A stretch of 64,000 bases of DNA from Antedon mediterranea (taxonomy: Eukaryota; Animalia; Echinodermata), in the NCBI RefSeq assembly GCF_964355755.1, contig NC_092673.1:28517648-28581647 (forward strand), given 5' to 3'. Positions 24,683 through 36,600 of the stretch are shown here, piece by piece. A program made the translations under genes and the position numbers. A model generated the notes under the pieces. That model was not told the DNA's origin, did not search any database, and saw only the letters and a program-made list of their open reading frames with translations. Position 1 is the first letter of the stretch. Every line of letters starts with the position of its first letter.

Positions 24683-27600
24683 AAATTGCCTATCATGAGG
24701 TTGAAGGTCCCAGAACAAGAGCAAGAAGAAAAAGTGTTCCAAATTCACCGGTGCAACTAGCAGATGAACCATCATCACATAGAATACAGGTGAGGAGGAG
24801 GAGGACACAAAATTATTTTCACACACACCTTTTAATATTATTTTTAAAGATGATGATAAATGATGAAAAGCGAATGTAAAATCATTATATCCATGTACAG
24901 TAGTTAATAGTAGTAATACTACTCACCATCATAATCTATTTACAGTATCAAGATACAGTATAAAACCGTAAGTTCTGTCTACTTTATATGACAACAAAAT
25001 ATAATGTGCCCATATATAGACATGAATGATGATGTCATTACTACCATATTTGAGAACACTTTTGATAATGTACAGTAGACAGCTTTAAAGTATACTGTAC
25101 TGTACAAAGATTTATGATCTGAACAATATAATTAGTAGTACTAGTAGTACACATTATAAACAGTGTTGTATACTGGAGGTACTGTAATGTGTGCCACACA
25201 GTATTATTACAGTATTCACTGTATTATTTACTGTGCATGCGTCAGTCATCATCAATCATTAAGTGCGTTTATCAATAAATCTGGAATATTAATCTGTAGC
25301 ATCAAGTTTACAACCACTTACAGACATTTTGACATTTAATAAGACGACTTGTTAGTTTCGCTATTTTGTTTTCATTTGTAAACCGTGGTATACGCAGTAC
25401 AGTAGGTGCCATTAATTACCCAAACTGTATCTATGCGGCATCGCTGTACTTGATGACAGCTATATTTTGGGACTGTTTAATATTTATGTCAAATATGGTA
25501 ACATTTACCACTCTAAAATGCGATAAATAACTAGTAATTCTCACTTAACATTTACAAGCGTAGGAAATGAACCCAATGAGTAACATATCATGGTATTTAT
25601 AATGTTTATGTTATTTTAATTGATTGATTTATCTGTCAAAATGTTTATTTAGGGGTATTGGTCCCATTTCCTTACCTGAATCATCACCAAACAACCTTCA
25701 GACTTCCCCCAGTATTCTTAAATTTGTGTTTCTTTTTCTGCTACAGACTTTATTTGCTCAAAATTAATCTTAATTAGGTCTCATATTACAAAATATAAAG
25801 TAGAAGTCCGTTTAATTAGGTATACCTTGTTCAGAACCCTACAAAGTGTCCCTTAATAGAGGTGTCCCCTTAATAGGGGTGTCCCCTTAATAGGGGTGTC
25901 CCCTTAATAGGGGTTTCCCCTGAATAGTAGTTGGCCATAGTGTATTGTTGATTTTTTTTTGTATCTGTTAAGTTACTGTTTATGAATGTACTGCTCTGAA
26001 ATAAAAGAAATTAATTTGTTTCTCATACAGTTTACAGGAAAGTGTCCCCTTATAGGGGTGTCCTCTTCAAAGGGATGTCCTCTTTAAAGGGATGTCCCCC
26101 TTCAAAGGGATGTCCCCCTTCAAAGGGATGTCCCCCTTCAAAGGGATGTGTCCCAAATGATGGGTTCTTAGCTACTGTACAGTACAAATACAAGCACCAT
26201 ACATGTACTGTACAATACATATATCAATATCTATATGCACAGGTACCATGCTGTACAGTATGTAAAATCACAGTGGAATTGGTTTTAATTCCTCCGTGGT
26301 TAAATGCACTTAAAATCCTTCTAATGAAAATAAAGGTAGATACTTGCTCCAACTAATAAATATGTAATAATAAATTTGATTTGGTTTACTATCTTGTCCC
26401 TAGCCATGTTAACTTGTGTAATTAGCTCATATTTGAATTATACCGTGACGGAGTGTGCGATTTATTTCGACACCCATGGGTAAAAATTCAACACCTTATT
26501 CTACAGATGATATGTTGTCATTAAGTTATCAGACGGCATCCTTTTAACAATCCAGTATTAGGTGTTGATCTGAATAATTAATGCAATTTTTTTAACTTGG
26601 TAATTTACACTTTGAGTAGATGGTGACCTTACCTGAAGTTAGATATGAAAAGTTTTAATGATCGCATTGGTATTACAGTACACTTGCATAATGTACAATA
26701 CAAAAAGATATTAACATGACCTATAAATTAGTTCATTTAATATATACAGTACTGTAGGTCCATGGTTATATTATTTGAAAACTAATACTGTACTGTATTA
26801 CTGTGTATTGTGTTTCATCAACTCATGGTTACTATCATTTTGTATGATCATGATCCATAGGGCCAGCTATTGGATCTGTAACTGTGATCATAATTTTTAG
26901 TGTACTATGTATCCGTATGTATCATTCATTTTTATCATATCATCATCATGTGCACATGAACATTTAATCACATTATTTTCAATCTTGTATTAAAGCATCG
27001 ACATTATCATAAAATAATATTATTATTGTCACCATCAAAAAGTCCAGACAAACATTTGCTATAACAACTTTTTCCCCTCAGCGTCTAACATGTACAACAT
27101 GTGCTATTGACATGTCCGTCACTGTGTAGCCTTGGTAGTTGCAGGGTATTGGGTCTAGTTAGCTCACCAAGGCACGTTGTTGGCGCTTTCCTCCATCGGC
27201 ATGCTGGGAATTTTTAATCTAATTTCTTACAGCAGTAAGATCATCTTGGGAAAATGTAAACTAAAGTTTGTTACAATTTTTAGAAGAAAAAAAATAGTAC
27301 CAACAACATTGCTTACTGTAGAGTACTATTTAAAATGTTAAGTTTCTTTCCCTGCTATTAATGAATGTCAAAGGTCATCTGTTGATAAGGGAAATCAAGC
27401 ATCAACATAATTGATTGATTCATGTTTATTGTGTATCACAACCTTACATCCTCTTTTAATTAACTAATCTAGCAAGTGTGGAATTACAATGCCTGTGCTT
27501 CTGGCTACAAGGCGTTGAATTTCATATTGAAAATTAAAACCATGAATAAATTAATATTATTACAATCCAAGAATAAGTAATAAGCAATTTAAAATTAAGA

Positions 27601-30600
27601 ATACTTGTTTTGGGATTATTTTGAAGTATTTTAAAGGCCTCCTGCTATGATTATTTCATTATCATGTACAGTAATGTTGCCACCCAGAATGTTAATGCAG
27701 ATCCCAGCCACCCTAGACTGTTGTGTAAGGTTTTATAATTAACACGCTGTTATCAAATCAGACTTGTTAGCTTCAATTGATTTGTTACAATGTGAATCAA
27801 CATTTATTAATGCTGGTTCACATTGACTTATGCCAATTTATTTTTCCATGATAGCAAGGACCACCTTAGGTTATAGCATGGAGGAATGGTTATAGCAGGG
27901 AAGAGTTAATTTACTTTAACTCTTCCTTGGTTATAGCATGGAGAAAATATATATTTCATCCATGGGATACAGTAGCACAGTAGCAAAAGGAAGTGATACA
28001 AAACCATTATAGAGGTAGATTCACTCTAGTATATTTTGTCCCTATGTTTTGAATTGCTATCTTGTTTACAAATTAAAACTACTGTTAAAATTTGACTTTG
28101 TTTACTGTCTCGATCATCTACAGTGTTTTCTACATTACTCTATGCTGTACTGTAGGCCTAAAATGAGGTACAACCACTATTTACAACAGTGTCCAAATAA
28201 GATGCATAATACCCTGGTGGTGGGAAGCAGCAAAACCACATCCTAACCACCAGCCACACCTGCTCAACCTATAGAGTATTAAGAACTACTTGGTTGGTTC
28301 CTTTATTCGTTCGTTCTGTAATCTAAAACTCTTCAAATATCTAAGTAAAATAGACCTACTCGTGAGTCAGTCCAAATGAGTTGGACTGGCTTAAACGCAG
28401 TGAACTACCAACAATGGCTTGGAAAGTGAACATGAATTCTTGGATCTGTAGTTTGGAACTTTGGACCAGCTTAGAGTAGACTCAATCCTACAGTATGGTG
28501 ACCCAGCCAGGGTGACCTAGGACCCAAACATAGGTGTATAATGGAATCACAGTAGATATACAAATAAATGTGAATCATAATGCTACATTTTTATGTTTTT
28601 TAACATTACAAAAGCAATAATAACATTCAACAATAGAAGTGACAACAGTATGCCTACTACAGTACTTTACTGACGTTAAGCAGGTTGCCAATCCTAAACA
28701 CTAAACCAATTAATAAACATGAATTAACATTTTTATTTTTGGAAGTTCAAATTTACAGGACATATATGCACCTGCATAGCAGGCCACGTAGTAAGGTGCA
28801 GATTGACATTTACCTGTAAATAATATTTTAATACCAAGAGAATAAAAAACATTAAAACATTTTGACAAAGAAAAAAATATGTGATAGGCATTTGTACCAC
28901 AGTAAGACCAATAAATAAAATGTCATTATTTAAACATTAATGTATGTTTTACAGTATTGTACAGTATATAATTACAGGAAACATTATATTTAACGGCAGG
29001 AAGTGAAATTTACCACACTAGGCGAAGAGGTTATCGGAGAAAATGGATTTAATGTGCTTTTGAGTACAATGTGGTTAACTTTGATGAACGAAGATGAGTC
29101 AGAAAAGATAGTAACTTTCTTAAATTCTAGCTTAAATCATACTTGGTACTTTGTTTGTTTCCTCCTGAATCTTCCACGAGAGAAATTAACTAGGAAAAAA
29201 TAAATTTTTTCCTCCATGCTTAAATCAATATTAGATGAATTCTTGAAAGTTTATAATCTGAGCATAATACAAGTATGATTCATTTGCTTCTTGAACTTTA
29301 TTTAACCCATTTATTTTTTAATATCAGTAAATTTAAAAAAACCTGTTCTATTCACTTCAAAACAGTTTATGCATTCGATTGCAGATTTTCACATTTAGCT
29401 TATTTGTCCATAAAAATGGAAATTCACTTTGCTTGGTAGATTAAACACAAAAAAAAAAAAATAATAATAATAATAATAATAACAATAATAATAATAATAA
29501 TAATAATAATATAGTTTAAGTTAATTTTTGTTTTCAAACGTCAAGTAAATAATCACAAAACCGCTTGCGTTGAAACATTTACCTTTCAAACAAAAAAAGT
29601 ACAGATACTGCAATGTGGAATAAAAGCTGACATACTGCTGTACGAAATAACTTAGCTAAAAAAAATCAATGTTTTTAAAGGAAAGGAACACCCTGGGCTA
29701 AATGTGCCACTGTGCTTATAGATAAATGTAATAAAAACATGATTACAATGGTTCAAGGTACAATAGTAAGCAATTTAGTTAAAAAATAGACTTTTAAACG
29801 ACAAAATATCGGAAATTGAACAGCGCCATTTTGACAGGTTAAGAGCAATTATGTGACGTCAGATTAGGTGGACGCATTCAAGCAAATCCAAGCGCCCATC
29901 GTCTTAGTACAGTATTTCAATATGGAAGTGCGGGATATAACCATAAATAAAATCAATTAAATAGCCTAACATACCTAATATTTTCGGAATATGGCTTGGA
30001 GTTTTTATAATTCAAAAAATTTGGAACCAGAATATACAGAAAGAGAGTTAGTTTTGCGTCGTGCTGATGAGGAAAAAAGAAGAGAAGAAGAACATTCTCG
30101 AGCATAACAAGCCGTCGAAGAATGGTGTACTTTCGGCCAGTGTATCTGTACTGTATGCCTTACTAGGCCTAGAACTCGTGTTGAACGAACGAAAATAAAG
30201 TAGACACTGCATCGTCAACCAACAGCCTCCGTTTGGAAGGTTTGCCAGTTAATTCCCCTACAAAATCCCGTTTGAAACAGCTAGGCAATAAAAGTAACAA
30301 TAGATTAACAATAGCTGAAAGATTTACGAATTGGCTTGCAGAAGAAAAGATCGATCGAAGGTTTGTTTACCAAGCCAGCGCATGCTCATACCGTGTCATC
30401 GCCGTCCTGCATGACCGCATGTCGCGTTATTAGCCAATCATATTAGCGGATTCGCTTAGCCAATAGAAGCGCTGAATGCAACCGCGAATCTTAAAATTTT
30501 CGTCGGCCGTATCTGACGTCACAAACAGGCTGCCATGAGCACAAGATGGCGATTTTCAAATGTCTTGAAAACAGCTTTAAAATCCTGTTTACTAGAAAAC

Positions 30601-33600
30601 TACAAATCCGATTTAAACATAAATTGTGCTGAATATTAAGTTGGTAGGGTTACTTTTATAATAGTTAGGTAAGATATTAGGGTGTTCCTTTCCTTTAAAT
30701 AAGTATAAAAATTGAGTTGTTCCTTTCCATTCCAGTTTAGTATAATAGATACTTTCTTTAAAGTTAAACAAAAAGGTAATGGCAAGTTTATTTAAGTTTA
30801 CAATATATAACCCGTATAAACATTACAAAAATAAACTGTTAAAAACCAAATAATCAGAGACTCTCATAAAGATGGCTTCATGACCCATCTTGTTAAAGAT
30901 TCCAACACCCTGTTGTTGTCACTTCTAATAAAATCCAGCATTGTTGATATTGTACCCTGGACAGCCACTACCATGCTGTCTCGTTTTACAAGTTCCCTGG
31001 CTCGTTGCTACCTCTGTAAACACTGCTTAATCGGGATAATCTCAAATACGGTCACGAAGCATAGCATATTTATTGATTCTGTGTCCTACTGAAGCGTTTT
31101 ACAACCTGGGATGCATTTAACGTGAAGAGATGATTTAATTGTGTTGAGAGAAGGATGATGTGATGTTTAAAGTACTTCAGCCCCTTTGTGTGTGGCCTTG
31201 GGCAGGAAAGATAATTTTTCTATAAAGTTATATAATTTATTCTCATTATTAAATCTTACCAGGATTTGATATTGTATCCAGATGGACCGGGTTCCTCTAA
31301 GCAAATACTGTATGATATTATCTCTTTTTAAAAAGCATTCTGTTTTTAATAATAAATAAATAATAAATTTACACTGTTAAGTTTAATACTGCCTGATAAA
31401 CAACATATAATTTTTTTGCAGAAATATTTTTTTTTATCCATTTTTTAAATCAGATTTATATTTTTCTGTTTTATCAGATTATATACTTTTTCTACATAAA
31501 TTTATCTTAGAATTATATTGTATTTGTTGCAAAATTAGGTCAATGCATCCAGTCTGTTCAAAGCTGGCCTGGACAGACAGCCAGGACTGATACTATGGAG
31601 TACAGAACCCTAGTTTAACTACAGCAAGCCCCTGGGAGTGCACCTGGCTGTATAACCCCTGTGTCATGACTAAAGCTGATTTGTAGTTACTTTCAATTTC
31701 ATGATGTAACCCAAATCTACAGCAATGAAAGATATATTATGAGAAATAGATGATAATTATGAACATGTGTAGAAGCCCACCCTAAGGTATCAATACTGTA
31801 CAATACATAATGCACCACTGGTATACTGTAGTAGTATGCCATAACATACAGTATACTTTGGTTGTGTTTGAAAATTTATATTTTAATTTATTTGGTTAAC
31901 AATAGACTGTCCAGGAAATAGAGATGTGTTGTACTTGCTAATTAGCATACTATTGTTCACATAAACAGTTTGCCTTACAACTTCATTATAGCTTTTTGTA
32001 TTCACTTGTGACTATCATTCAGAGCCAAGCACCTGAAGATTGAGTCCATACTCATGAAACAGCCTGTAGTGCAATAAAATGTTCAGTTGGTACTTTACTA
32101 GCGTCTTTATCATTTATTTATATTTTAATGTTTATATATTTTTTTTATACTGTACAGTATTTCACAGTGTTTAACAAATGTTCTAAATTCTGCTAAAATT
32201 ATGAGATGAAATATTAAAATTGTTTTATTAATTTTTGTTTTTTGTTTTTTTTTTTTTCAGAATACATTAAAGAACTTATCAAAAAGAGTTAAACGAAGGC
32301 CATCAGCAAAGCCAGTGTCATCCAGAGAAAAATTAAAAAGGTAATTGAAGAACTAAAAGCTTTGCAAACAATAATTAAGAGATACAGTGGTTTTTATGGA
32401 AGCTTTTGTTACAGGCCTGTCCTCTTCAATGTACTATTCTTTTTCTTCTCCTCAACTTGTACATTTTGATATGATCTTGTAAATACTGAATCGTGTGGCT
32501 TACAATTCACTATCATTGCTTCTTGCATTGTGTTCTGAATTCACATTACAGATATTGCACAATCAAATCTTTTACATTTATATTAAATAATTATGATAAA
32601 TTATTTCTTTCAATCCCTCTCACTCATTTTGCAAACTCATTCAGCTTCTTATTTCATTATTCATTTTCACACTTCACTGAACAGGTCAGCTAGTATGATG
32701 CCACATTTAAAGACATCTCGAAGTCAAGACTCGTTGCTAAACCCAGAAACATCGCTTGGCGTTGACCTTATGCCGAATGACATGCAAATACGCCCTCTAC
32801 ATAGCAGTATACTAGCGCAAGATCATTGCTTTCAGATCACATCCAGTTTAGGGTCAAAGTTCTATTCTTGTAGGTCGGCAAGTGAACGAGAAAAATGGAT
32901 TGAAAGGTATGATTTTAAAATTCATAAAATACCTTTTTTGTTTTGTTCAAACTTCTCTTTATCCTGTCCGTTGGCTCTTTCATTGTTTTGATATTTACCC
33001 ATTATTCATAAGTAATTTAATAACAATATTTATTATTTTTACAGTATACTTAGGACTGTTGATCCTGAAAAAGATGATAAAAGAAGGCACTATCGTAGTT
33101 TACAATTATGGATCATGGAAGCAAAGAAACTGTCAGCAAATTCAAAGAAAAGGTATAAGACATATGATGTTAATATTCAGTGCATGTCAAATCTAGTGAA
33201 TCTCCTGAATTAAGTTGGGTTAGGCCTGTTGGATTAGGGTTTGGGCTTAACGTAATTTGTAAGCTTGTTGGATTAAGGTTGGAGGCCTCTTAAGGAAAGT
33301 TCTAGGTACAGTAGTTACTAAGTTAATGTAGTAAGAGGGTCTGTACATGTAACAAATATACATTTGAAGTGTGAAACCATTTCATATCACACATACAACA
33401 AAACTAAGTTTACACACACTGGGGCGCGCACACTAAACAATATGCAGGTGTTGTTGTCCAGGTGTGTGCTTAACCTCCAGAGGATTGCTAGATGATGTCA
33501 AAGAGGTATAGGTTATTATCCACTGTATGTACCTGTTCCCTGTAATTTGTTGCTTTCTTTGACCCTTTATTGACTTCCTCTTTTTGTTCAGACCCTTACA

Positions 33601-36600
33601 CCTGGCGACCCTTGTCTGTTCTGTGTTAATTTCGAAGCCCTTGAGAATTGGTAATTATTATGTCACTTTGTGCCCTCCATACAAGATTCTCTTGTCAATT
33701 TCTGACAGTCAAAACCTTTCTGAAATTGGTCTTATTGTCACTTTTTAATTACATTGTCATTTGGTGACAGTGTTTATAATTGGTGACTATTTCCTGTTCA
33801 ATTGTTCCTTCTGTCACCTATCAATTGCCACTTTTATTACATTTTAAACTCTATGACAATGTATTACATCTTCATTTATTGTCTTGCCTATTTTTAATTA
33901 CTCCATGGAACATGCAGTTCATTGAACTCCAAACTTACCAGCAATATTGATGTTGATTTTTTTATGCCGCCTCCAGGTATTTTTGTGAGATTTTTCTGGA
34001 TGATGAGCTTTGCGCTAAAACCACATCAAAACCGTTAATTGGAATTGACAAATCAAGCGAAGAAGTGTTTTGGAGTGAACAGTTCAAACTTGAGTAAGTA
34101 TTTAATAAATTAATTTTGTTAATTTGTTCTGTCTTAATTAAAACCTAAACTCTGAGTCAGTGATCTAATTACCCTTTTTTAAATTAGAATCTTTCTTTTT
34201 AATTTTTTTATAAAACTATAAAACTACAGCTCTGTCTACACTATCAAACTAGTTTTACAAAAAAAAGTGTGATGTGCCCAAATATGGTAGTGATATGATA
34301 ATTGAATGTGCACATCACATTTGTTTGTCACATACAGTTTGATAGTGCAGACAGAGCTTAACAAATATGTTTTATTTACTTTGGTAGGTAAGACTTAAAG
34401 TTTTCTGACTTAAGTTATATGAATCTATTTGTTTTATATTACTGTAGTTCATTATATTACACACAATGTTTCTATGTTTGTAGAAATTAAAATATGAAAT
34501 GGAATAATATTTAAAAATTACAGAAACTATATTGCAATAATATTTTCAAATTTCAATTTGCTATTTTATATTAACACTTTGTTTTACTACTTTTTTCATT
34601 ATTTTATCTTAGCTCGTTTCCTGATACTCATGCCTTAACGGTTCACTTGTTCCGTGAACAAGACGGTAAAAAGAAGAAGAAAGATGTTGGTAAGAAACCT
34701 AATTTAATACTATTAAGTTTATACTTGTGTATTTGCCAAATATTGTTCGTTTAACCTGATTTTGAACCGTAATATCAAATCAAAAGCATATTGTTAAGCG
34801 TTGGGGTCATTTCAACGTTGATTTCGTCTCTCATTCCCAATGACGTGACTCACTTATCAATATCCTGATTTTTACTTCAAACAGGTTTATATTTTATTAT
34901 GCATTAGAAAAAAAATCCAAAAATAAAAAAACACTACTTTTTAACTGACCTTTTTAAGACCTTTGTTTCTTTTTCATTAAAAAGAAGAAAGATTGTAACA
35001 TGAAAACTGACTTTGTCTATTTTTATAATTGATTGAAATGTAATTGTTTAGTACAACTATACTGCTTTATTAAGATAACACAGGTGTAACTACTTTACTT
35101 GCTTTAATTTCCTTAAAACTCCCCTCACTCTTTAAAAAAAAAAAAAACCTTCGGAAAGTAGTTGTTGGCCGTATATCTTTTACTCCAAGGTTCGATTTGC
35201 TCGGAGTGCTACTGTACCTGTGATAAGGTGTCATTGTGTTTACTTTGTGGCAACTAGTTCTACATGGCACAAAGCGCCATGAGCTCCACATGGTTGGGGG
35301 ACACCGGCGCTATACAAGTTTTTATTATTATTATTAAATACTTTTATTATTATTATTATTATTATAACCAATGCGCCTTAAATCCTCTACCTATACTTAA
35401 GACACATGCCCGCCACAATTGATACTTAAACTTTGTTTCCACTTGGACACAAAGTAAGGATATAACCTGACTAATCACAATGGATCATACCAACTGGCGC
35501 CTATGATTGGTCAACTCGCTTGCATTACGCTTATGGGAACTAGGCTTTATGCTTGTATACTACAAGATTTATAACACTTCAAACTAAATCTCTTTCCTGT
35601 TTAGTACTCCCCGTTTCCAATTTTCTCCCTTTCTCAATAATTGTGTTCAAATGTAGAACCAGATGCGTTTTGTGCAAGTCATCTTTGTATTTTATAAACA
35701 ACTTTAATCTTCTCATCTTTACACCTGTAGTATCAGATTTTATCTATACTTTTTCTATCCATACTTTTTTTTCCATTTAACTTCACTTTTATTCTTGGCA
35801 CAGTTCGTAATCATGTTTCTGTCTGATCAGGTGGGACATTTCAACAGTTATTCTGTCTCGTTGTTAGGCTGTGTGCTTACCTGATTGTGACTTTTGAATG
35901 TCCCCCATGTTTGTTTGTTTGAATTAACTGCTCCACTGTGTATTAATCACTTGCATAGTAGAAAACTAAAACTTAATTGATTTATTGAGGAAAAATTGTT
36001 GTTCTTATGGAAGAAAATATCATTCTTCTTGAGTTTCTCAAGCTAACACGAAAGAAATCTAGATCCCAAGAGGGCGCTCTCAATTATCACCCATTTCGCA
36101 GATAATTTGTGCAAAATCATTTGTGTGACCCATGTGGGTTATATTGAAGCATATTGAACCTAGTTCTGCACTTGTTTAATATCATAATAATTTGAAAATG
36201 AATATTTCTGTATGACATAAATGAAATTATGTTTTAACAACTAAACTAACATAATTACTAGGTTAACTATCTTTGCTAGTATGGATAATTTGCATCTGTT
36301 TTCTAACTACCGGTACACAGTAAATTTTTTAAGTATTCCAAATTCATATCCTGGAAAATTCTGAAAATTAATTACAGCAATTAATTTTGAGAGGTGTTTA
36401 TTTTTGTCCTTAACCATGGCACTACGAATGACCCGATGATGTCTGTCATTGGAGATTAGTAATTGAGCCAACCTGTCGGGTGCTTTCCCCGCCACCGTCA
36501 CAGTGTTAAACCACCTCAAGTATTATGATCACGCTTAATGATTATTATATGTACTGTTTATGGTTATTTGCAATGCCTAGGCCATGTTTAAAGTGGTTCA

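Noticed and set aside
30780-31150. Possible retroelement fragment or ORF 30880-31092
   Set aside because: No recognisable motif in the frames examined, and the minus-strand frame has stops.
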